A stretch of DNA of 63,908 nucleotides, counting the filler, from Barthelona sp. PAP020 (Eukaryota), in assembly GCA_040182905.1 (NCBI GenBank). It is 5 parts of 5 records of this genome, joined end to end, with 100 filler letters (N's around TTAATTAATTAA, not from the genome) between each part and the next. Parts side by side here need not be neighbours in the genome. Positions count along the whole stretch, not along the records: positions 1 to 12,982 come from JARQWU010000335.1; positions 13,083 to 26,010 come from JARQWU010000336.1; 3 more parts are not named here. One strand, 5' to 3'. The notes beneath the pieces were generated by a model that worked only from the letters and a program-made list of their open reading frames with translations, searched no databases and was not told the origin of the DNA. Made by a program: the position numbers and the translations under genes. This document shows positions 10,801-20,639 of the stretch, piece by piece (position 1 is the first letter of the stretch; the number at the start of each line of letters is the position of its first letter).

Positions 10801-12009
10801 ATGGAAACTAAGTTTGATGCGCCAGGTAATATTACCAAGGAACATGTTTTATTATTGGGAACAGGGATTATGCATGGAGAAGATAACGTAAGCTATGAAA
10901 GTAAGATGGATAAATACCTTGGAAGAGTGATCATGATGCAAGTAAGTGCAGAAAAAGACGGTACCCTGAAATTTAATCAAAACTTTTTAACATACAACCA
11001 ATCAGCATCTCCATGTGTTAGTATTGGAATCACTGAAGGTTACATTGTTGCTAAATTTGAAAAACATATTCATTTATTAATCTATATGGAAGCTAGAGGT
11101 GTTCTAAAATGTATTGCTTTCACGCGAAGTGAACATTTTTCAAAAACAATGAAATGTCTAAGAAATATTGTTGCAATAGGCGATTTATACAGTGGAGTTC
11201 AAATTTTGCATTGGCAACGTAGATTTAGAAAGTTGGACTCTGCCACAAGAGATGGCAGCAAACGACCTTCATTGCAATGTGAGTTCCTTTTACTTCCAAG
11301 TCCTTCCAAAAATGAGCTATCCTCAATGCTTGTATGTAGTACTGATATTTTTAGAAATCTCAGATTGTTTGTTTACGACACATCTGAAGTTGAAGTTTCT
11401 CAAGATGAAACCGAAGGTCAAAAATGGAAAGGTGCAAGAGCTCTCATAGAACATACTGTGTTCAGGTCGGGACATGTGTTTACTTGTTCCCAAAGGCAAT
11501 TGAAAAGCAAGAAGGAATTTAACAATGTATCAAATGTTGGTTTAATCTACTTCAGCAGTTTGGCGGGTTCATTACATGTGTTGTCCAGTTTATCAAAGGA
11601 TAAGATAAGCATTAAAAGTTCAATGGACATGCAACAAAAGATTGAAAAATCAATAAAATATCCTGGAAATTTAACTTACACAAATGCCAACTACATTTTT
11701 GCCATTGATAGCCAACGAAACATCATTAACAGCGATAGTTTCAGATATTTTGACAGTGTTGGCTACACCCTCAGAGAAAAAGTGATGAAAGATCTCTTGT
11801 TTGAACAGAAAAAAGTAAAAAGAGAAATCATTGAAGATTCAGAGATAAATGTTAAAGAGGAAGTGTCTAACACTGAAGAGGAAATTAATGTGAAAGAAGA
11901 GGTTACCAAATACAACAGTCACATCACAGAAATCAATTTTAAGGAAGACCCAGAACACATTCTTAAGCAAGTGAAAGATAATTACATCGCCATTTTGGGT
12001 TTGATTTGA
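7831..12009 (+). CDS. CPSF1: Cleavage and polyadenylation specificity factor 160 kDa subunit (RSE1/DDB1/CPSF1 family)
   Basis: 1392 aa; N-terminus EVQPSSVV..S..G.FF, EVISAHNFE; C-terminal CPSF_A region LLGTGIMHGED...GRVIMM, IGDLYSGVQIL. Confidence 0.85.
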   Translation: MALWTEVQPSSVVNASTSGSFFPTIIEKQKQLVLSYHDLIEVYNFSPNYSIKTEDSLSKPQFLFQQKFSERIIDLKSVTLPDGKVNCLAVLFATCKVVIFGLNVENYEFEVISAHNFENRDDFNISPEDFIDCRMVVEPSSEMIGILMPGNFIGIIGLQPDNMSIVRDDFEEKITPYGKRVTIPTFVKKLYDNFYVRNIKQIMFVPKVEKAILCVLHDARNSNPSWVGFNTLSKEDYKKHQEISAFKINLASQSFEMYWKSSPLPYTVNEMYPTGVPLTFLVQNHNEVGDYELQLFRASETTNEEKCMEVLPMPSAEYRKKTKNPHISSYIQNSRHVIAVPDKPFCLFFEGYDLYKINIPEERHKKMEITLITEDIILYENSTFIDENTLFVGSVSGKSAIYSFFTLKKGIKLDNSLEFESTLPDYEYDENMFHDLLDENDERIVSGSIQGFAIGESATSIKKTFEFSSVGQIVDFSLIENPKTNLTEIATVTGKYGESSLKTLKNSLVFDKKINQELEEYRNEMKFFPFFYSGSKFLLCNYFDADETFEILDANLVKVSTKFDLLREIKPFEIHNVDNKLFLCVQKRELFLIQDEEDRMFSSVKKYEFDSDIINIRSSDNFSILVTFDENVYIIDHNLQTVLHKFTFNSLNMLIDIAAIDENSCYLAIYVNHEVLLYLFKSEERELIEKAKYSSNTVGNKVLGYDSSNSLSFDIGYDAYHSVFTIQDMVLLTSGEFNTCILGLVNNIGQIHIYNEVGFNTIDELVFKRVNLPNLAQFNTNTKLRRFESFLNRSGFFVIREDQPLVILVDQANIQASIIHVENACIDLISFVDDEGAELIIFEESDDFDINSNVLISIGSISIDLKVNSFPHGSLMYIEKELEGTPIFICYSNRYDVFCICISEMYLHFGSREELKMQSKKSTSYFESTVDRNVAAPLILSEWHKLLLIDRSSSKILDIAERLEIKEHYICGQFSDIRVVKESSLPSIEEMETKFDAPGNITKEHVLLLGTGIMHGEDNVSYESKMDKYLGRVIMMQVSAEKDGTLKFNQNFLTYNQSASPCVSIGITEGYIVAKFEKHIHLLIYMEARGVLKCIAFTRSEHFSKTMKCLRNIVAIGDLYSGVQILHWQRRFRKLDSATRDGSKRPSLQCEFLLLPSPSKNELSSMLVCSTDIFRNLRLFVYDTSEVEVSQDETEGQKWKGARALIEHTVFRSGHVFTCSQRQLKSKKEFNNVSNVGLIYFSSLAGSLHVLSSLSKDKISIKSSMDMQQKIEKSIKYPGNLTYTNANYIFAIDSQRNIINSDSFRYFDSVGYTLREKVMKDLLFEQKKVKREIIEDSEINVKEEVSNTEEEINVKEEVTKYNSHITEINFKEDPEHILKQVKDNYIAILGLI

Positions 12010-12154
12010 TTAAAAAAATATACTTGTACATGTTGAAGTGAGCCAAAAAAAAAAAAAATTTTTTTATATCAACGACGTTTCATCAAATATTTCCGAAAAG
12101 AACTGTTCAATAAGATAGGTAAATGACGAAATTAGTCAGTATTTATTTTTTAAT

Positions 12155-12300
12155 ATGAAAAACAAAAAAGGAACAGTGTTTATTTGACTGAATGCTATCC
12201 CAAATCCCATTGATCTGTTGCAACTAAGATTTTTCCAAAGCTAAATACTGAATAGTTTGGTTTTGTTTGTGCAAACATATAAAGATTGAAAAATTTGTCA
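12155..12300 (-). repeat. Dispersed repeat family R1, copy A (diverged)
   Basis: Reverse complement aligns by eye with 52520-52670 (GAAAATCT..GTT..CAACAGATCAAT.GG...CAAA.AAACACT.TTC). Confidence 0.7.
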
Positions 12301-12396
12301 AATTCAACAGAAAGACTTGAATTTAAGTTGTTTATTTCCTCCTAGGGAGCGAATATTTATTTTAAAGAGTTTTCTTTCCTCTATATCTTGCATAAA

Positions 12397-12740
12397 GAAT
12401 TGTAAATAGAAGAACAATTGGTTTAGTTGTGAAACAACACAATATTTATTTACAAAGAAATTAAACTCAGAAAACTCATTCAAGCAAAGGTCAATTAAAA
12501 CGCCAGGAGGAATTGAGGAACTGAAATGTAATTTTAACAATCAAGTGGAAGAATTTCGAAAAAATTCTTCAATGCTATTATTTTGTATTTTTGAAAAAAA
12601 TCAAAATTCTAAAATTTAATATTTACCTTGGAAAATCTAAAATTTTCAACATGTCAATCGGGCCGCGAAAACTTTTGACCAAATATACAACATTCTTTAT
12701 TATTATCTCATGCATACGGTGCTTCTTGGTTTAAAATTAA
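12397..12740 (+). repeat. Dispersed repeat family R1, copy B (longest, about 340 bp)
   Basis: Aligns with copy C over its 5' part and with copies D/E over its 3' part (TCAATCGGGCC.CGAAA ... GTGCTTCTTGG). Confidence 0.8.
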
Positions 12741-12982
12741 AATAAAGTTAAAAGATGAACTAAAAACAACCACTGTTCTTGGAAATAGAAAAAATTAAAA
12801 AAAAAAAACAATAAATAAAATTTTTTTTTTTTTTTGGAAAAATAAGGCTTATAGAATTTATGACTAATTTTAAGCAGTTGGGAACATTTTCAAGGAAACA
12901 CCTTTGCTGCTATTGGTTTGGGAATGAGTTCTGGATTTATTTTCTGACTTGGTTTTGGTTCTTCTCTCCTTGTTATCTTTTT

Positions 12983-13082
12983 NNNNNNNNNNNNNNNNNN
13001 NNNNNNNNNNNNNNNNNNNNNNNNNNTTAATTAATTAANNNNNNNNNNNNNNNNNNNNNNNNNNNNNNNNNNNNNNNNNNNN
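12983..13082. other. Artificial contig spacer
   Basis: 100-nt N run with central TTAATTAATTAA (stops in all frames), repeated identically four times. Confidence 0.98.
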
Positions 13083-13333
13083 TTGCTTCTAACCAAAGGT
13101 AGTGACTTGTGATCTTATGATTTGTGAGTCTGAAATGATTGTTGTTTGCTTTTATGCTTTTGAAGTTCAACAAACGTTCTTGAACTATAATATTAATCAA
13201 AAAGTGCTAGAATTTTTGATTTATGAAGAAGAAGGGCTACATGTATGAATGAAAAAAATTGCAACGATGCCTATTTCGCCAGAAGCTTTCAACGTCTGAG
13301 TGACATACTCAAATTTTTAATTCTTCAATAGTG

Positions 13334-13552
13334 AAAGTTTAAACTTTAAAATTTTGTTTTTGCTAAATACAAAACAGGAATGAAGAATTTCTTCGAAATT
13401 CTCATACTTGATCGTCAAAAATACATCTCAGTTCTTCAATTCCCCGTGGTTTTTTAACTAAAATTTGCTAGAATGAGTTTTCTGAGTTTTCTTTCTTTGT
13501 ACAAAAAAATAGTTGTTTCATAACTGGACTAATGTTATCCATATCTCAATTC
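13334..13552 (-). repeat. Dispersed repeat family R1, copy C
   Basis: Reverse complement shares TACAAAGAAA..AAACTCAGAAAACTCATTC.AGCAAA and GGAATTGA.GAACTGA.ATGTA..TT.AC.ATCAAGT with copy B. Confidence 0.8.
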
Positions 13553-13652
13553 AAATTTCGTTTGAACAAGTTAATAATATGTCTCCATTAATAGAATGCC
13601 AATGTTTTTCAAGAAGGAAAGAAACAAAAAAAAAAGAGAAAAATAATGAAAT

Positions 13653-14378
13653 TTATCCACCTGTTTTTTGGTGAAAATGCTTTAACATTTTCTGAAACTT
13701 TTGAGAACTAAAATATGATGGCAGATTCGTGTTTAATTCTAAACCATTAACTGCTTTTTCTTGGAGAATTTTTAGTCTTTCAGGAATTATCAACTTATAA
13801 AAAGGTATGAGTCTCGGATTTATACCTGACTTAGTATACCCATTTAACCAACCAGGTAAACCTAAATGAACACATAAAAGACGAAAATATTTGGCAAAAG
13901 AATCAGTTATTTGAAACCATCTGCAAGAATTATCTCTAAACGCAACAGATGTTGATCCATCATTTTTAAAATGTAATGCAACAATTCCTTCTTTCAAAAC
14001 AGAGTCTAAATTGACAAAAATACCAGAAGGACAATACATTCCTTCATTGTTCTCTAAACTATCAATATTATCAAATATTCTCAATTGTGATGGTAAATCA
14101 ATTATGGTCAATTCATCTAAACCATTTAAATGAAAACAACCAAGTTCCAAAGTTTCATTATTGTATTTATAATCCCATTTGACAGTAAAACCATTTGAAA
14201 ATTGATAAATTTGCTTCAATTCTAACGGTAATTCACACTTGTGTTCATATTCCCATCTTTCAATTTCGCTCATTTTAAGATTTGGTCTTGAAAACAATTG
14301 TACATTTGAGATATTCTTTAAATTAGTTAATTTTGTGAATAATTTAAGTGTTATTTGGTCAAATATATCGACGTCCAT
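13653..14378 (-). CDS. TPGS2: Tubulin polyglutamylase complex subunit 2 (SMI1/KNR4 fold)
   Basis: EIERWE...C.LP.ELK..Y..SNGF.V.W and YFRLL.VHLGLPGW..GYT..GI; first ATG at 14378. Confidence 0.85.
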   Translation of the reverse strand: MDVDIFDQITLKLFTKLTNLKNISNVQLFSRPNLKMSEIERWEYEHKCELPLELKQIYQFSNGFTVKWDYKYNNETLELGCFHLNGLDELTIIDLPSQLRIFDNIDSLENNEGMYCPSGIFVNLDSVLKEGIVALHFKNDGSTSVAFRDNSCRWFQITDSFAKYFRLLCVHLGLPGWLNGYTKSGINPRLIPFYKLIIPERLKILQEKAVNGLELNTNLPSYFSSQKFQKMLKHFHQKTGG

Positions 14379-14458
14379 GAAGAAAACTTCATCCAAGAAA
14401 AAAAAAAAATTTCTAGTTTATTGCAAAAAAAAATAATGTTCTGTTCTTTTCTTAATAT

Positions 14459-15118
14459 TTAGAACTTTGAATTATGGAACCAATTCAAAAATTCTTCCCG
14501 ATTTTCGAAACCCAAAAGTTGTTCTTTCAGTTCTTCTCCAATTGTTTCCCCTCTGGCACTTTCAAAACAATTTATCGCTTCATTAATTTCCAAATTATGG
14601 TATACAATCAAATATGCTGTCACAATAAATCCTGTTCTAGTTCTTCCATGAGTACAATGAATTGCAACAGTCCCTTTTTTTTTGAAATCTTTAATAACTT
14701 TTAAAGCCTTACGAGTTGTTTCTGCAGAAATTGCTTTTCCATTTGAATAACCTTTCCTTTTCATGAAATGATGATCAACTTTGAATTTCCTTGTGTAAAA
14801 TCCAAATTGTTGTGCCTCAAATTTATCATAATATCTATTGTTCGGAACCATAGTTAAATCTAATAAATGTGTTATGGGTTTTCGTAAAGAACGAGATAAA
14901 TCATACAAATCAGACAGGTGAAATTGTTGATCCACTGAAATTTTTGAATCATATTCATGACTTAATGGAGTTTTAACGGGAAAAATATCAAATTCGGGTA
15001 AATTAATCGTTGATCCATACTTCGAAAAATCAAACCATTCATTCGGTATTTTTCGACTAACTTTTTGTTCTTGATCGAAATTGTTGCTATTTGAATTGAT
15101 TCTCTCTCCAACAGTCAT
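14459..15118 (-). CDS. Cysteine-phosphatase-type RNA 5'-triphosphatase / DUSP11-like, standalone
   Basis: IPNEW, FPVKTPLS, LLDLT....RYY, IHCTHGRTRTGF, F.SARG; first ATG at 15118. Confidence 0.85.
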   Translation of the reverse strand: MTVGERINSNSNNFDQEQKVSRKIPNEWFDFSKYGSTINLPEFDIFPVKTPLSHEYDSKISVDQQFHLSDLYDLSRSLRKPITHLLDLTMVPNNRYYDKFEAQQFGFYTRKFKVDHHFMKRKGYSNGKAISAETTRKALKVIKDFKKKGTVAIHCTHGRTRTGFIVTAYLIVYHNLEINEAINCFESARGETIGEELKEQLLGFENREEFLNWFHNSKF

Positions 15119-15385
15119 TAAAAAAGAAATGGGCTTGAAAGGCAATTGTCCTCCACCACCTTTTTTTATTTGTCTTGAATATTTGTTTTTTTTTTTTTAA
15201 GGTAGTAAAAACATTTTTACAATACTAAATTGGGGAAAAAGAGAATTTTCCAATTATTCAATCGAATTATCCTCAAAGAGAATATTAAATGTTTCTTGGA
15301 GTATATATTTACTTGATACACAATAAACAAAAAAAAATAAATAAAAATTCATGAAAAACATTTCTTCAAACACATTTTTTTTTCG

Positions 15386-15458
15386 GTATGTGATGTGAAA
15401 TCTTAATTTTTTTTATCATATTCATTAATTGCCCTTTTTACGATTTCTAACATTGAAG
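15386..15458 (+). other. Probable 5'-UTR intron of RPL29 (73 nt)
   Basis: GTATGT ... TTCTAACATTGAAG ending 2 nt before the ATG; same signals as the coding introns. Confidence 0.7.
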
Positions 15459-15460
15459 CA

Positions 15461-15735
15461 ATGGCCAAATCAAAAAATCACACAGCTCATAACCAAACCA
15501 GCAAGGCTCATCGTAATGGTATGCCCAAACCCCAATCACATAAGCTTTGTTCTCAAAAAGGAGTATGTTTTATCTGATTGTATTATTTTTTGTGAATTTT
15601 TTCACAAGTTTCTTTTTTCCTTCAATAATCTTTTAATGAAATCTCTAATTTTTATAGGTTTATGCCAAGCTTCGTAAGAATACCAAATTTGCCCGTAAAC
15701 ATATGCAATCTACTGAAGAATCAGTTGAAGCTTAA
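15461..15735 (+). CDS. RPL29: 60S ribosomal protein eL29, spliced (exons 15461-15562 and 15658-15735; 59 aa); missed by the ORF track
   Basis: [20 protein letters not shown]...[16 protein letters not shown]; 95-nt intron GTATGT...CTAATTTTTATAG. Confidence 0.95.
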
Positions 15736-15860
15736 ACATCTTTTGTTTAAGATGGTAGTCCTTGTGGTTTCTCCAAATTATTTGGTTTGATATACATTGA
15801 TAAATGCGAAATTTTTTATTTTTATTTTGTTTCATTATTCTGTTTTTTTAGTTTTTTATC

Positions 15861-16841
15861 ATGAATCAATCAAAAAGCGAAGTTACTGTGTACGATACTA
15901 GTCTGTTAGACAGTTTGATGGAAGAGAACGAAGAAAAGAAATTAAATTTAAATTTTACACAACCTAAAACTGAAGAAGTCAAATCAAAAATCAACACTTT
16001 TAGAAAACCACATGAACAAAGAACAAAATTAAAAAAACATAGAAACAATATAAAGGCAAATTATAGTATTGTCTCCCCTGCAGTTGAAAAGAAGCCAATA
16101 GATCCCAGAAGAATGTCCAAACATTTACAACAAACTGAAAAATGGGACAAGGAGCATGACAAAATCAAAAATTTAGTTGAAGAAAAAAAGAATCAAAATG
16201 AGGCTAGAGATTGGGAAAACATAAAGAATTTACATCATAGAGAAGAAACATTTGTAAAAGAATTGAATAATATGTTGCTTAATTATGATGAAATGGATAG
16301 AGAAAGTCAAATACGTCTTTATGAAGAATGGGTTGAGAAAGTCTATTTGCCATTGCAAAATGAATTGTTAAAAACTGTTGATATGAATTTTGAAAAGAGT
16401 TTTTCAAAAAAAAGACAGTTATTTGATGAATATTTAAGAATTGTAAATGTAAAGAGTGCCAATGGAGGGCAAATTTTTCGCGATATTGTTATACAATCAG
16501 AATATGATCCATTCAATTGGGAAAACACAACGGTAGCTGTTGATGTAAAGAATGATCCAATTCATCAAGGTGTTAATAAAACTAAAACAAATAAATTACA
16601 AGCAAGAAAAATAATGGATTATAAAGTTTGGGCACAGATGGAATCAACTCCTTTTTATGACAGGCCGATTAAAACCAATACAAGAGATACTTTGACCAAA
16701 AACACAATGAAAATAGATGATTTTGATCTTGGTGATACGAATGAACATCTTCAAAAAGAAATGGGAAGATTTCAAAAGAGAATGGTTGGAACAAAGTTTG
16801 ATAGTAGAAATCTTTTGATACCCAATGTTGATTCTCCATAA
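15861..16841 (+). CDS. FAM228-family protein
   Basis: LYEEWVEKVYLPLQ...FDEYL...N.K...G.IF.D.....EYDPF pattern. Confidence 0.65.
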   Translation: MNQSKSEVTVYDTSLLDSLMEENEEKKLNLNFTQPKTEEVKSKINTFRKPHEQRTKLKKHRNNIKANYSIVSPAVEKKPIDPRRMSKHLQQTEKWDKEHDKIKNLVEEKKNQNEARDWENIKNLHHREETFVKELNNMLLNYDEMDRESQIRLYEEWVEKVYLPLQNELLKTVDMNFEKSFSKKRQLFDEYLRIVNVKSANGGQIFRDIVIQSEYDPFNWENTTVAVDVKNDPIHQGVNKTKTNKLQARKIMDYKVWAQMESTPFYDRPIKTNTRDTLTKNTMKIDDFDLGDTNEHLQKEMGRFQKRMVGTKFDSRNLLIPNVDSP

Positions 16842-17122
16842 ATTTTTATTTATTTATTGTGATGCATCTATGGTATTTAAAAAAATAAAGGATATTTTTT
16901 CCATTTTTTTTTTGAAAAAACACCTTCAAATTGTTAACTACTTGTATCAGAGTTTATTAAAAGTAAGAATTGTGAGATTTTATCACAATAACCTACCAAA
17001 AAAAAACTTGCATCAATATTTGGTTGATATGGTATACTGAGGGAAACCGATGTCAATTTGCAATATATGGCGGATTCATTTTATCTATGTTTATAGTTTA
17101 ATCATTTTTGCATTAAAAAACA

Positions 17123-17659
17123 ATGACAAACAAACAACCTAATTCAGATTTATACAAAACAGAAATGTGTCGAAGACTGATTGAAAATGGATTTTGTGAA
17201 TATGGAGAAAATTGTTTTTTCGCCCATTCTGCTGATGAATTGAGGGAAAGACAATATAATTCCAAGTACAAAACTGTATTATGTCGTTCTTTTTGGAACA
17301 CTGGATTTTGCCCATATGGTTTAAGATGTCACTTCAAGCATGATGATCTTTCTTCAGATTATATTTGTGGTGAACAAGAACAAGCATGTTTACATGATTG
17401 TGATTGTGAGCAAAATGAAAGTGAAACTTCATCTGTTGAAGATTCTGAAAGTTCTTATTCCAAAATTGATTTTTTTGAAGATGTCAATGAAATGGCAGTC
17501 GATAAAATTAATGCAGACTCATTACTACTTTGTGGAAACAGTTTTATTGTTGATGAAGTTAATGAATTGTCAGTAATTGCATTGCTTGAAAAACAATATA
17601 TTGAAGAAATGGACAATGCTTCATTTTCCACAATGAACAAAACATCTATTCGTGTATAA
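17123..17659 (+). CDS. Tandem CCCH zinc-finger protein (TTP/ZFP36 family)
   Basis: Two C-x8-C-x5-C-x3-H fingers led by YKTEMC and KYKTVLC. Confidence 0.93.
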   Translation: MTNKQPNSDLYKTEMCRRLIENGFCEYGENCFFAHSADELRERQYNSKYKTVLCRSFWNTGFCPYGLRCHFKHDDLSSDYICGEQEQACLHDCDCEQNESETSSVEDSESSYSKIDFFEDVNEMAVDKINADSLLLCGNSFIVDEVNELSVIALLEKQYIEEMDNASFSTMNKTSIRV

Positions 17660-17700
17660 TGGTTGTTTTTGAAAAAAAATTTGGGAATGCAAAAAATTCT

Positions 17701-17829
17701 TTAATTCTTTCTGAAAATTTGTGGGATCTTTAATTTAGATTTCTCTTTCTTCTGTTTTCTTATAGAATGATACTTGTACTTTCCATATATCGTTGCACCT
17801 ACACCTATAGCAATACCAGCTAAAAGCAT
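17701..17829 (-). CDS. Candidate 42-aa signal-anchored microprotein
   Basis: MLLAGIAIGVGATIYGKYKYHSIRKQKKEKSKLKIPQIFRKN*; hydrophobic N-terminus then basic tail; below the ORF-track cutoff. Confidence 0.45.
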   Translation of the reverse strand: MLLAGIAIGVGATIYGKYKYHSIRKQKKEKSKLKIPQIFRKN

Positions 17830-18070
17830 CACCCAAATTTTTTAAAGAAATAAAATTATTTAATGATAATTTTTTTTTGAGAGCATATTTGTGAACCTTC
17901 CAAAATTTTATTCGTAATTGCGAAGTTTTTCAAAAATATTTTTTGGAATAGGGTAATGTTTTCACAAACTTGAAAATAACAAAACGCAACGCAATTTATA
18001 TCAATGACTAACAATACATCAAAATTCATTAAAATTAATGAAATAAATGCCATTTATTATATTTCATCAT

Positions 18071-19684
18071 TTATTGAGCTTGTTGACGAGGAGCACATCT
18101 GTGAATGGTATCACAACGAACAATTTGTTCAGCAGCTTCAGCGGCAGATAGAACAACTTGTGATTTGACCTTATAAGATTCAGTAACAGCTAATTCTTTC
18201 ATATCACCCACACAAGCTTCGTACATATTCAAACCAGCATGCTTATCTCCATTAACATGGGCAGCACGTAATCTAGAAACCAATTCTGGAGCATCATAAC
18301 CAGCATTTCTGGCAATAATTTCAGGTAATTTTCTTAAGGCAACAGCAAAGGCAGCAATAGCTAAAGACTTCTTACCAGGAGTTCTGGCAGCAAGATCATC
18401 AACAGCAACAGACATTAAAGTTTCTGAACATCCACCACCATAAACAATTCTACGTTCTTCAATCATTTGTTGTAAAACGCAAATAACATCATGAATAGAT
18501 CTTTCAGCTTCTTCCAAAACATGTGTGGAAGCACCTCTCAATACAACTGTACAAGCAGCAGAATCCTTACAACCAGTGAATTTAAGCAATCTTTCCTCAC
18601 CAATCATTATTTCTTCCAATAACTCAGCTTCACCTAAAGTAACCAATTCTGGTGTTTCAAATGTTGATACAATATCACCACCTAATGCGGCAGATAATTG
18701 TTCAGTCCCAATAAAATCAGCATGTGCAATGGAAACAATTCCCTTATCAGCAAACAATTGTTCAGGGAAATCATAAATCAATTGACGATTAATAACCACA
18801 TTACAACCATGTTGAGAAATCTTTTCAACTTTGGTGATCATTTTATGACGTTCAGCCTCTTCAATAGCAGCAACTTTTTCAGCGGAATCAACTTTAATTT
18901 GACTTCCTTGAATTTTTACTTTATCGCGGTCCAAATGTGTGTCCATCAATAAAACCTTACAGTTCTTAACTTTTCTTGGTTGGGCAATACCAATTTTTTT
19001 GTTGATAATGAAACCATCATCAAGGTAGGATTCCAATAAAGATCCACCAGTGACTTTAATGAAAGAAATTAATTTTAAATCAGGACGTCCTCTCAAACGC
19101 AAGATGGCATCAACACACAACCTGGCAAAAAAATCACGATCAGCATTTAAAATTTTGGATGAAAGTGTTGTTTTTGCAACATCAAACAAATTCTTTCTGA
19201 AAGCTTCTTCATCATCAGGAATGGTGGCAAAATTCTCAAGAGCTTCCAAAGCAACTCGAGATGCCTCTTGCCATCCAGTAACAACAGTTTGAGGATGGAT
19301 ATTTTGATTTAATAATTTTTCAGCTTCTCTTAAAAGTTCACCTGCCAACACTGTAACAGAGGTAGTTCCATCTCCAACAGATTTGTCTTGATTTCTTGAA
19401 ATAGATATTAAAAGATTTGCAGCAGGATTATCAAGTTGAATGGCATTTAAAATTGTAGCTCCATCATTCGTTGTAATCATAGGCTTCCCAGAAGCAGAAA
19501 CTAAAATCTTATCCATACCAAATGGTCCTAATGTTGAGCTAACAAGATCAGATACAGCTGTTGCACCAACGAAATTTTGCTATTTGTTAGAGAAGTTAAA
19601 ATAAAACAATACAATACGAGCAGTGGCTCCCTTATCCTCTTGTGCGTTTTGTTTGAGAATATTAAGACTTTGTAAACCAGACAT
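18071..19684 (-). CDS. CCT2: Chaperonin CCT/TRiC beta subunit; 33-nt intron at 19580-19612
   Basis: Spliced N-terminus EDKGATARI|QNFVGA...STLGPFGMDKIL; TNDGATIL, GDGTTSV, INRQLIY.FPEQLF. Confidence 0.96.
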
Positions 19685-20639
19685 TGTGAAAAGAGTCAGA
19701 GATTAAAAGCCGCCATATTTTTTTTTTTCTTTATAAATTCTATCAATATATTTTATTTTCGGGTAATTTTCTCAGATAGTGTAAAGTTGAGACATTTGAA
19801 ATTGTTTATGGCCAATAATTTCAATGATGCAGAAGAACCTTCAATGCCTAAATGATGATAAGGAAACAGTAATCAACAGGATACACCAAATTTCCCTCAA
19901 ACATTTTTTTTAAAGACATTCATTTTTTTTTTCACTCTTCTTAGAATTGTGTTTCAAAAGGGTTTAACTATATATATTGATTATTTTTTATGATTGAAAA
20001 GGCCTATACGCAAAGACAGGTGATATATCAGACATGTGAAGAAAGACTACCGTTTAAATTGCGTTTCAATATCGCAATGTTTGTGAAGCTATGAAAGTAT
20101 GAAACATTTCCAGCCTGTCAACAAAGCTTACCCTAATATATAAAATAAACAGCAACGTTATATTGTATATAAATACAATTCGCGTCTAAAGATTTTTGAA
20201 GGTTTTTTTCAAACTTGTTCGAAAATTTAAATTTTTTTATTTTTTACCGGAAAGTTCAAATTCAATAATTTTGTTGTTAAAATGTCAATTGAACAATATA
20301 AATAACAAAGAAATAAAAATATCTTTTTTTTATGTTTGAATCTCCTTCAGAAAATTTGTCAAACATTGAGGAAAAATTTGGAAAACAAATTTTATTTTTA
20401 TAGTTTAATATTTCAAAGTATGTTTTTGTGATTGTTTTTAAATGATGATTTTTAAAGGATTCCGAGAGCCTTTCAAAATTCAACCATGTGGAAAAAATTT
20501 TTATAATAATGACACAAAACCCCTGATTTTTTCTATTTTTGAAGTTTAAAAATTGCTAACAACCAAGTTTATTCAAATCTTTTATTCAGTTTTTCTTACT
20601 CAATCATAAAATTTTTATTTGTGTTTTTTTCCATTGGTG

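Noticed and set aside
13099..13248. Possible terminal exon after TTCTAACCAAAG at the contig start
   Set aside because: The acceptor looks plausible but the 49-aa product has no recognisable homology and the upstream part is missing.
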